In this document: one piece after another, positions 1 to 7,631 of the stretch
How positions within the stretch are numbered: the first letter of the stretch is position 1
Layout of the letters: every line of letters starts with the position of its first letter
Assembly: GCA_027460535.1 (NCBI GenBank)
Contig: JAPZAR010000027.1
Coordinates: forward strand, 210,001-242,000
Origin: Candidatus Methanoperedens sp.
GTDB lineage: Archaea; Halobacteriota; Methanosarcinia; Methanosarcinales; Methanoperedenaceae
Direction of reading: 5' to 3'
Length of the DNA stretch: 32,000 nucleotides
The notes under the pieces: model-generated
What the model was told of the DNA's origin: nothing
The model's database searches: none
Seen by the model: the letters and a program-made list of their open reading frames with translations, nothing else
Position numbers and translations under genes: made by a program

Positions 1-795
1 AAGGTTTTGAATCCCAACCATATTAGGCATTCCATTGCCAAGATATGTATTCCTGGCCGCACCAAAATAAACCTCTGGGCTTCCCACTTTTGTAAAATCA
101 ACATCCACTGCGCTTGCAGGCTTTGAAATTTGAGTGGTAACCTTTTCATTTATATTCAAAACCGCCATCCTCTCCTGCAAAAGTTCCTGGATCTTCTGCT
201 CCGCTTCATCGTATGCCCCTTCGCCAATATGGTCATAGACTATGAACCCATCTATATCGATGAGATATTTATGAGGCCAGTAGAGGTTGCCGTAAGCGGT
301 CCATGTTGAATAATTGTTGTCCATAACCACAGGATATTTAACGCCGAATTTGTTCACCGCAGCAAGCACGTTTTCATATTTTTGTTCAAAGAGGAACTCA
401 GGGGTGTGCACTCCAATGATCTCAAGCCCTTTATCCCCGTACTTTTCATACCAGCTGTTGAGATAGGGTATGGTCCGCTGGCAGTTGATACAACTGTATG
501 TCCAGAAATCGATAAGAATGACCTTCTTGCCAATAAGCTCAGACACCGTGATCTTATCCGTGTTGATATAGCCGGAAGGATTAACAATTTCCTTGGCGAA
601 TGGATATTTTGCCAGCTTATCTCTATTGAGAATTCTTTCTTCCTGTGCGGCGTTCGATAAGTTTCCTGCTGCGACGTTAGGCCGGATCACAGCTTCCTGT
701 GGTGATATCCTCACAGGTTTCAGCGACTCTAAATATGTGATCGCCGAGGCAATCGCAATAAGAACCAGGATGAGAGTGATTGTTTTTGTTTTCAT
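1..795 (-). CDS. Membrane-anchored thioredoxin-like thiol:disulfide oxidoreductase (TlpA/ResA/DipZ C-terminal type). Partial: the C-terminus lies beyond the left window edge.
   Basis: This ORF is absent from the supplied track because it has no stop inside the window. My reverse-strand translation from the ATG at 795-793 stays open to base 1 (265 codons). It reads MKTKTITLILVLIAIASAITYL (one TM helix) ... GKKVILIDFWTYSCINCQRTIPYLNSWYEKYGDKGLEIIGVHTPEFLFEQ, a redoxin fold with a W-x2-C-x2-C active site. The ATG overlaps the ccdA stop in an ATGA junction at 792-795. Confidence 0.8.
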   Translation of the reverse strand, partial: MKTKTITLILVLIAIASAITYLESLKPVRISPQEAVIRPNVAAGNLSNAAQEERILNRDKLAKYPFAKEIVNPSGYINTDKITVSELIGKKVILIDFWTYSCINCQRTIPYLNSWYEKYGDKGLEIIGVHTPEFLFEQKYENVLAAVNKFGVKYPVVMDNNYSTWTAYGNLYWPHKYLIDIDGFIVYDHIGEGAYDEAEQKIQELLQERMAVLNINEKVTTQISKPASAVDVDFTKVGSPEVYFGAARNTYLGNGMPNMVGIQNL

Positions 796-1511
796 TGTCG
801 TAAGATGTAGCGATTGAGAGGCTCAAAATTAGCAATAAGATTCAGGTTCTGGGTAAAGGCAAGGATGCCAAGAATGATAAGTATGATCCCGAAAACCACG
901 TTGATATATTTGAACAATGTTGCATGGCGAATTGTTACGCTGGCGATGAAACTGGATGCCTGCGATGTGAATAACCCCACAATAAGGAAAGGAACACCAA
1001 GCCCCAGCGAATACGAAAGCAGAAGATAGAATGCAAGTCCCGGCTCTATAGCAACAAGGCCCAGGATGCTGCCGAATGCGACACCTACACAGGGTGTCCA
1101 TCCGGCTGCAAGGGCAGATCCAAATAAGAAAGATGTGAGATATTTTGATTTGAATTTCCCGACTTTGAATTTATACTCTCTCTCAAGAAATGGTATCTCA
1201 ATGAGCCCGACAAGGTAAAGTCCGAAGATGATTATGATACTGCCGCCGATCCGTGCAAGCCATATCTGGACATCGTATGCAGCTCTCGCCAGGATAGAAT
1301 TTAGCAGAACACCAAGGGCTGCGAATATCACTGAAAATCCCAGAACAAAAAATACGCTGTTGAGAAAAATATCTCTGCGTTTCGATTTCGATTCGCCAAT
1401 CGACACCCCGGCCAGATATGCCAGGAATCCTGGGATGACCGGCAGCATGCAGGGGGATAGGAAGGATATCAATCCCCCGATGAACGCAACAACAATTGAA
1501 ATCTCGACCAT
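792..1511 (-). CDS. ccdA: Cytochrome c-type biogenesis / thiol-disulfide electron transporter CcdA (DsbD-core family)
   Basis: The 239-aa product is polytopic and hydrophobic. It has the two conserved single-Cys motifs of the CcdA/DsbD core: FLSPCMLPVIPGF near the N-terminus and AAGWTPCVGVAFG mid-protein. It is coupled by a 4-nt overlap to the downstream thioredoxin-like gene. Confidence 0.9.
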   Translation of the reverse strand: MVEISIVVAFIGGLISFLSPCMLPVIPGFLAYLAGVSIGESKSKRRDIFLNSVFFVLGFSVIFAALGVLLNSILARAAYDVQIWLARIGGSIIIIFGLYLVGLIEIPFLEREYKFKVGKFKSKYLTSFLFGSALAAGWTPCVGVAFGSILGLVAIEPGLAFYLLLSYSLGLGVPFLIVGLFTSQASSFIASVTIRHATLFKYINVVFGIILIILGILAFTQNLNLIANFEPLNRYILRQ

Positions 1512-1627
1512 ACACTAACAATAATTTATTGACTGCATTGCTACTTAAAACTTTGTGGCGAATGCTGGTAATTAAGAATTTATGGGTAGATGACGAAAGC
1601 TTTATTCATGATTAAAAACGATGTCAT

Positions 1628-2842
1628 TTGGGTGAGAATATGGTTAGTAATGAAAGATATATAGAAAAGCTGGAATTATCTAACATCCAAATTTCTAAGC
1701 ATTGTATACCTGGAAATAAGACTCGAGCCAATTGGGGTAAGAGTGCATGGTCAATATCTCAGGCAGTAGCGTTGGCATTTTTGGCGTTGCTGGCTCTCGG
1801 AACGATTGCGTTTCTTTCTCCGGTTGCTGCCGCGGCAGACGACGGAAATGGAGCTGTGTATACCATGACTAATGCGGCAGCAGGCAACGAGGTGATACGT
1901 TATGACCGGGCGGCCGATGGTACATTAATCTTCTCCGGTACCTTCTCAACTAATGGTATGGGGACGGGAAGCAGCCTTGGTAGCCAAGGCGGACTGGTAC
2001 TCAGCGAAGAAGGCGATTTGCTTTTAGTAGTCAATGCAGGAAGCAATGATACCTCTGTTTTCCGGGTGAAACCCAAAGGCTTGATGCTTACAGACAAGGT
2101 TAGTTCAGGTGGAATCCAGCCAATCAGCATCGCAATCCATGAAGATTTGGTGTACGTCCTGAATGCTGGAGCATCCGGTAATATTGCAGGTTTCCATCTG
2201 AGCAATAAAGGCAAGCTGTCACTTATTCCCGGATCTACCCGACCTTTGAGTGGCATAGCTGTTGGTCCTGCGGAGATAGCTTTTGATCCCGATGGAAAAG
2301 TGTTAGTGGTCACGGAGAAATCCTCCAACATCATCGATACGTATACTGTAGATAAAAAAGGAATTGCGAATGGACCTATGACACATGCTTCTAATGGCGC
2401 AACACCATTTGGGTTCGCATTTGATAAAAAAGGACATCTAATTGTTAGTGAAGCTGCTTCCAATGCTCTTTCTTCGTACGCTGTGGATGATCATGGCAAT
2501 CTGGTCACAATAAGTGGCTCCATCCCGGATTTCCAGATTGCGGCCTGCTGGGTTGTAGTAACTAAAAATGGGAAGTTCGCCTATACAAATAATGCACATA
2601 GCGGCACTATCTCGAGTTACGAAATCGGCAAAACAGGGATGATTTCCCTTCTCGATTCGATCGCAGGCACACCCGGCACAGGAAATATTGACTTGGCCTT
2701 AAGTAAGAACAGCAAGTTTCTGTATAGCCTGAACTTCGGAGTTAGCACAATTGCTGGCTTCCGGGTTAATCCAGATGGCAGCCTTACACCGGTGACGACG
2801 GTTAGTGTACCCGGCGGAGCCAATGGTCTGGCGGCTCGCTAA
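1628..2842 (+). CDS. Membrane-anchored or secreted seven-bladed beta-propeller protein (lactonase / YVTN-type family)
   Basis: A hydrophobic anchor/signal (AVALAFLALLALGTIAFLSPVAAAADD) is followed by seven reiterated blade signatures. They are NEVIRYDRAADGTL, SVFRVKPKGLML, NIAGFHLSNKGKLSL, IIDTYTVDKKGI, ALSSYAVDDHGNL, TISSYEIGKTGMI and TIAGFRVNPDGSL. The track start is TTG at 1628. ATG at 1640, preceded by GGGTGAG (1629-1635), is the more likely start. Confidence 0.6.
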   Translation: MGENMVSNERYIEKLELSNIQISKHCIPGNKTRANWGKSAWSISQAVALAFLALLALGTIAFLSPVAAAADDGNGAVYTMTNAAAGNEVIRYDRAADGTLIFSGTFSTNGMGTGSSLGSQGGLVLSEEGDLLLVVNAGSNDTSVFRVKPKGLMLTDKVSSGGIQPISIAIHEDLVYVLNAGASGNIAGFHLSNKGKLSLIPGSTRPLSGIAVGPAEIAFDPDGKVLVVTEKSSNIIDTYTVDKKGIANGPMTHASNGATPFGFAFDKKGHLIVSEAASNALSSYAVDDHGNLVTISGSIPDFQIAACWVVVTKNGKFAYTNNAHSGTISSYEIGKTGMISLLDSIAGTPGTGNIDLALSKNSKFLYSLNFGVSTIAGFRVNPDGSLTPVTTVSVPGGANGLAAR

Positions 2843-2883
2843 TGGAGGCCAGTAGACCTTGCCTTCATGGATTGAAACCTGGG

Positions 2884-2934
2884 GCATAGATGAAGTTGGT
2901 AATAACACATAGCGAAATGAGGCTTCATCTATGC
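2884..2934 (+). promoter_or_regulatory. Perfect 12-bp inverted repeat (GCATAGATGAAG ... CTTCATCTATGC) enclosing the msrA SD-like GAGG and start codon
   Basis: The left arm is 2884-2895 and the right arm is 2923-2934, its exact reverse complement. The 27-nt spacer contains GAAATGAGG. The right arm contains the msrA ATG (2931-2933). Confidence 0.4.
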
Positions 2935-3479
2935 ATCAACGCAACATAAGCGAAATCGCAACCCTGGCCGGCGGATGTTTCTGGTGTCTGGAGGCCATCT
3001 TCAACGAACTGCGTGGTGTGGAGAAAGTGGTATCAGGCTTCTCCGGGGGCAGTGCGCCCAACCCATCCTATAGCGAGGTCTGCACCGGAACAACAGGCCA
3101 CGCCGAGGCTGTCCAGATCACGTTTGATCCCCAGATTATCTCGTTCAGAGAGCTTCTGGAGGTCTTCTTCACGATCCACGACCCAACTACAATGAATCGC
3201 CAGGGTGCGGATATTGGCACCCAGTACCGCTCGGTGATATTCTATCATTCATCGGAACAGGAAAAGGTTGCCAGAGAGGTGATTGCAGAAGTCGAGGCTG
3301 CAAAAATCTGGGATGCGCCGATCGTAACCGAGCTCACGCCGTTCAAATCGTTCTACACAGCAGAGGAGTATCACCAGGATTATCTTGAGCACAACCCTGA
3401 CCAACCCTACTGCCGCATAGTGATTGCCCCAAAGGTAGCCAAATTTCGCAAGCAATTTCTTGCTAAGCTCAAGAGGTAA
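2931..3479 (+). CDS. msrA: Peptide-methionine (S)-S-oxide reductase MsrA
   Basis: The 182-aa product carries the catalytic motif [15 protein letters not shown] at the N-terminus. It also has the conserved [11 protein letters not shown] and [10 protein letters not shown] blocks typical of MsrA. There is no signal peptide, so the protein is cytoplasmic. Confidence 0.95.
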   Translation: MHQRNISEIATLAGGCFWCLEAIFNELRGVEKVVSGFSGGSAPNPSYSEVCTGTTGHAEAVQITFDPQIISFRELLEVFFTIHDPTTMNRQGADIGTQYRSVIFYHSSEQEKVAREVIAEVEAAKIWDAPIVTELTPFKSFYTAEEYHQDYLEHNPDQPYCRIVIAPKVAKFRKQFLAKLKR

Positions 3480-3688
3480 TGTTGATCTTCAATCAAATTT
3501 TCAATTCGCATGCCTCATGCCCTTATTCACTCCTTATTGTGGTGGCCGGCCAATAATTTGAATAGTGTGACGATATGGCAGACATTCATTAATCCTATGA
3601 CCCGTCAAATTGTGTTCAATTTATTAGTACCCAAGCTCAGATTTAAATAAAGCCCTCACCTTAACAGCACCACAATTAACAAATATCT

Positions 3689-3711
3689 GCGTTCATCCGC
3701 GTTCATCCGCG
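3689..3711. repeat. Tandem direct repeat, 2.3 copies of the 10-mer GCGTTCATCC
   Basis: The sequence reads GCGTTCATCC GCGTTCATCC GCG, immediately upstream of the arcS start region. Confidence 0.6.
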
Positions 3712-3733
3712 GTTGATATCGATTTTAAAATTT

Positions 3734-5536
3734 ATGACCAAAATATTCGAAATCACACATCGCGACACAGCAGCCAGGATTGGCAAACTGTTTCTGGAAA
3801 GGGAGCTTTCAACCCCCGCAATCATCGATCCTGGCAAAGCAGACAGCCCCATATTCGATTCCGGCTCCCTGTGGAATAAGACCGCACCCATTGAACCGGA
3901 TGCCAAGAAGATAATCATTATCCCTCATAAGTCAGTGCCCCTGCATACCCGGGAGGAAATCGTAAGAGAGCTTCAGAATTCGGGTGCGCCGCACTTCACT
4001 CACCAGAGCATTGTCATCCATCCCTCCGCTACTGAATATCCGATATCAGACCTGTACGCATTAGGCGCGGCAAAGCAACTTGAGAACAGACCTCGCGAAC
4101 TCGTTGAGACAATAATCAGGCTCAAAGAAAATACGCGCGCCGACTCCCTGCTCTATGCCCCTGCCCTGGCCACACCTGAAAATCTATCGATGCTGGTATA
4201 TCTGGGTGTTGATCTTGTGGATGGAACATTGCCGATAATCAAGGCATACCAGGACATTTACCTTACGAACTCAGGCGAATTCCATCTTGACAGGTTGCAT
4301 GAATTCCCGTGCGTCTGCCCTGCGTGTTATGCAAATACACCGCAGGTTCTCATCAGGTTACCAAAAAAAGAACGCGCCGAGTTGCTATCGCAGCATAATT
4401 CAAATAAACTCGTCGAGGAAATGCGCACCATCCGTGAGCATATCAGGGCCGGGCATCTTCGCGAGTACATAGAGCGCCAATGCAGGGCACGCCCCTGGCT
4501 CACAGCGGCGCTCCGGCTTATTGATGCCGAGCAGGCATTCCTTGAAAAAAGTACACCGATTTTCCGGTCAGTTACGCTGTATGCCAATACTTCTGAATCG
4601 CTTAACAGAGTGGAGATACGAAGGTTTGCCCAAAGGATAATGGAGCGCTACAATGCGCCAGAACTTGATACTCTCGTCTTGCTGCCCTGCTCTGCGAAAA
4701 AACCATATTCAATATCCCTCAGCCATCAGAAATTCATAAATGCTTTAGGAAAATACCGAAAGTTCGTGCACGAGGTCATCCTCACCTCGCCCATGGGTGT
4801 GGTGCCCCGGGAACTTGAACTGATGTACCCGGCTGCACATTACGATACGCCAGTTACAGGGCACTGGGACCTTGAGGAGAGGGCGTGGGTGGGAAGCTGT
4901 CTGAAGTCGTATCTTCTGAAAAACAGATATAAGAACATAATCGCTCATGTCTATGGCGCATACAGGGAGATTTGCGAATCTGTGGAGAGAGAGCTGGGCA
5001 TGGAATTTGCTTATACGGCAGATGAAGGGGTTACATCCAGTGTTTCTCTGGAAAAACTCAATGAGGCGGTTTCCAGTCTGGAGAATGCAAGAAAGCGCTC
5101 ATCAGAGGAAACAAAGCTTGATCTGATTCGCGCCACAGCTGATTACCAGTTTGGGAAAGGAGCAGGAGTTATGCTTGTGGAAAATGCCGTTGTCAGAGCA
5201 CCCTTTCCCAAATTCCAGTTATTCGCAGAAAAACAGCTGGCAACTTTGATCCCTCAATACGGCACTCTCGCCCTGACGGTGGAAGGTGGGCTAAGGCTGC
5301 GCGATCATCCCTATTACAGAGTGAAGATTGGTGATTTCGTGCCGCACAGCAGTATCCTCGCGCCCGGCGTACAGGATGCAGATCCTCATATCCGTCCCGG
5401 CGACGAAGTGATTGTGGAGGGTGAAAAAGTCTTCGGGGTTGGGCGAGCCTTGATGAGCGGCTGGGAGATGAAAGAGAGCGCAAGGGGGATCGCAGTTGAG
5501 CTTCGCCATGTAAAGCTCGTAAATAAGATGTTGTGA
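3734..5536 (+). CDS. arcS: Archaeosine synthase alpha subunit ArcS (TgtA2; tRNA-guanine transglycosylase-like with DUF5591 and a C-terminal PUA domain)
   Basis: The N-terminus is TGT-like (FEITHRDTAARIGKL) and there is a zinc-type motif, FPCVCPAC. The ArcS signature as I recall it, PC-x3-KPY-x2-S-x2-H, is present as LLPCSAKKPYSISLSHQ. The C-terminus is PUA-like (PGDEVIVEGEKVFGVGRALMSGWEM). The track ORF starts at TTG 3713; ATG 3734 (MTKIFEIT) is preferred. Confidence 0.8.
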   Translation: MTKIFEITHRDTAARIGKLFLERELSTPAIIDPGKADSPIFDSGSLWNKTAPIEPDAKKIIIIPHKSVPLHTREEIVRELQNSGAPHFTHQSIVIHPSATEYPISDLYALGAAKQLENRPRELVETIIRLKENTRADSLLYAPALATPENLSMLVYLGVDLVDGTLPIIKAYQDIYLTNSGEFHLDRLHEFPCVCPACYANTPQVLIRLPKKERAELLSQHNSNKLVEEMRTIREHIRAGHLREYIERQCRARPWLTAALRLIDAEQAFLEKSTPIFRSVTLYANTSESLNRVEIRRFAQRIMERYNAPELDTLVLLPCSAKKPYSISLSHQKFINALGKYRKFVHEVILTSPMGVVPRELELMYPAAHYDTPVTGHWDLEERAWVGSCLKSYLLKNRYKNIIAHVYGAYREICESVERELGMEFAYTADEGVTSSVSLEKLNEAVSSLENARKRSSEETKLDLIRATADYQFGKGAGVMLVENAVVRAPFPKFQLFAEKQLATLIPQYGTLALTVEGGLRLRDHPYYRVKIGDFVPHSSILAPGVQDADPHIRPGDEVIVEGEKVFGVGRALMSGWEMKESARGIAVELRHVKLVNKML

Positions 5537-5563
5537 GGAATACACAGGTAACAAGGATTGGAA

Positions 5564-5583
5564 GAGCTGCAAATTTGCAGCTC
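5564..5583. terminator. Perfect 20-nt palindrome (GAGCTGCAAATTTGCAGCTC) between convergent genes; candidate bidirectional terminator or RNA-stabilising hairpin
   Basis: The sequence is self-complementary: an 8-bp G/C-containing stem with an AATT centre. It lies between the arcS stop (5536) and the stop of the minus-strand gene (5597). Confidence 0.4.
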
Positions 5584-5596
5584 AGAATAATCGTTT

Positions 5597-6463
5597 CTAC
5601 TCCTTTACTTCGATCTTACCTTTCATAAGCTGTGGATGAATTCCGCAAACGTAGTCGAAAGTCCCGGCTTGGCTGAAAGTTTGATTGAAAGAATCCCCGG
5701 GATTAAGTATAGATGAAGCAAACGACTGATTGTTCTCAACCACAGAATGTGCTATCACATCATAATTGACCCATCTAACTGTGGTACCGGCTTTAACCTG
5801 CAGCGTAGCTGGCCTGAAGCTCATCGAGGAGATGAAAACCTCGTTCTGACCTGCTACAGGCAAGGCGCCATACTTTCCAGGGACAAAGAACAAGTCCTTC
5901 TGGAAGACATAATCTTTGTCGTGGGCAGCCAGGTGGCAGGCAGCGCATGCATAGGTATTCTGAGGCGGTACGAGGACGGTTTTATTCGGGCGGTATGCCG
6001 CATATTCCCATTCGTCATTGCGCACGTTTTGATATTCTGCGCCAAAGCCCAGTTCTTTACGCATCACAAGAACGCCCTGGAGTTGATCGCGTATATAGTG
6101 GCCGTCAGCATCTTTCTGTATATTGCCCGAAGCGTCCTGCTTGGTGCTATATGTCTCCATGGCCAGGATGCTGCCATAAGGAAATAGCTGGCCTGGTTTC
6201 AATAAGGAAGCATTGTCATTGGCGTAAACCACGAGCACCCGTTTATTATCTGGCCTGTCGAACACATAGAATAATTTAAAGTTTGTCTGATAGCCTTCAG
6301 GGAAACCCACGCGATCTATTCTAGGGGCGGGCACTGGTGTGGCTGGCGCTGGTGTTCCCGGCGGTGTTGTAGGGATCGGCTGCGTGCTCACACAACCTGA
6401 AACTACTAACAATAATACGATACTAATAGATGTTAAGATATATCCCATTCCTCGCTTAATCAA
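5597..6463 (-). CDS. Lipoprotein fusing a cytochrome P460-like mono-haem c domain to a C-terminal type-1 copper (cupredoxin) domain
   Basis: The product has a signal peptide with a lipobox-like Cys (ILTSISIVLLLVVSGC) and a Pro/Thr linker. A single CXXCH follows in the context NTYACAACHLAAHDKDYVF. The C-terminal domain carries the copper ligands VIAHSVV ... YVCGIHPQLMKGKIEV (His, Cys-x2-His-x3-Met). The TTG start at 6463 is preceded by GGAGGT with a 5-nt spacing. Confidence 0.7.
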   Translation of the reverse strand: MIKRGMGYILTSISIVLLLVVSGCVSTQPIPTTPPGTPAPATPVPAPRIDRVGFPEGYQTNFKLFYVFDRPDNKRVLVVYANDNASLLKPGQLFPYGSILAMETYSTKQDASGNIQKDADGHYIRDQLQGVLVMRKELGFGAEYQNVRNDEWEYAAYRPNKTVLVPPQNTYACAACHLAAHDKDYVFQKDLFFVPGKYGALPVAGQNEVFISSMSFRPATLQVKAGTTVRWVNYDVIAHSVVENNQSFASSILNPGDSFNQTFSQAGTFDYVCGIHPQLMKGKIEVKE

Positions 6464-6604
6464 AATTAACCTCCGATAATATCATATTCAAGCTGATATT
6501 TAAAATATTCCAATAATTTTTCTATCAGGTCTCAAAATGCATTAAACTAGGCAGACTGAAATCAATATATAGTCTTGTCTCCAATGATATTGTAGGTTTC
6601 TGAA

Positions 6605-7429
6605 ATGAGGCTCTCGTGTTCATCCCTGTTCCTCTGGGAATACAGTGTCTATGAAATAATGGAGATACTGCTGGAGGCCGGGATAAAAAGGGTCGAATTC
6701 TGGGCAGAGACCCCTGATTTCTGGGCAGTGAGGAACGATGGAACGTCCATCGTGATACTTGAAGAAGCGATATCCATGATGCCGGAAGGATGCACGCTCC
6801 ATGCACCGATACTGGATTTGAACGCGGCGTCATATAATGACCTGGTGTACGAGGCCACGATAAAGGAAACATTGTGGTCGCTTGAGCTTGCCAGCAGGCT
6901 CGGGGCGAGGCTGGTCACGATCCATCCCGGCAAGAGGACCGTTCATCGCACTCCCACAAATGAAGACTGGGACAAGTTCTTGAAATACCTGGTGACAGCC
7001 GGGAAAAGGGCAGATTCACTTGATCTGGATCTTTCGCTGGAGAACAGCATGCCGGGCATATCGAGCATGTGTTCCACCCCCGACGAAATGAAAGAGGTTC
7101 TGGACGATTTTCCGGGGCTTTCTTTTACTCTGGATATAACCCATGCTTTCATCCAATCCTCCAATACCGCCCTATCCTTCATTGAAGAACTGGGCGATAG
7201 AATAATCAATGTGCATATAGGGGGGCCGCATGATGGAAAGCCGCATTACCCTTCCCACATGGTAAAAGGACTGGACAAGGTCCTGAGTGCGCTTCGAGAT
7301 ACGGGTTATAATGGAGACCTTACGATGGAGATCGATGATAAAGTATATTCAAAACCCCTTTCAAGGGAGGACAAGATAATGGAACTGATAAAAGAAAGGG
7401 AACATCTGGAATTGATTTTCGGAGGGTAG
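6605..7429 (+). CDS. Sugar phosphate isomerase/epimerase family protein (xylose isomerase-like TIM barrel)
   Basis: The 274-aa product has an AP-endonuclease-2/xylose-isomerase-like pattern. The relevant blocks are EAGIKRVEFW, LHAPILDLN, ARLVTIHPG, LSLEN, FTLDITHA and NVHIGG. Confidence 0.75.
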   Translation: MRLSCSSLFLWEYSVYEIMEILLEAGIKRVEFWAETPDFWAVRNDGTSIVILEEAISMMPEGCTLHAPILDLNAASYNDLVYEATIKETLWSLELASRLGARLVTIHPGKRTVHRTPTNEDWDKFLKYLVTAGKRADSLDLDLSLENSMPGISSMCSTPDEMKEVLDDFPGLSFTLDITHAFIQSSNTALSFIEELGDRIINVHIGGPHDGKPHYPSHMVKGLDKVLSALRDTGYNGDLTMEIDDKVYSKPLSREDKIMELIKEREHLELIFGG

Positions 7430-7631
7430 AATCTCTGCAGGAATCATAATGAATTATCGTGATTAAATAGATAAATATATATCCTTTTAAATGCAAAGTT
7501 ATCCATGAAGATCCGGCAAAATTGTGGCTCATTCAGGATGCTGTTTATTTTGGCCTCCTTGAAATGCCCGGGTCTTCTTAATCAACAGAGCAGCGAAAGT
7601 TCTTTTGTATTTCAAAATTATTTACCTTCGA

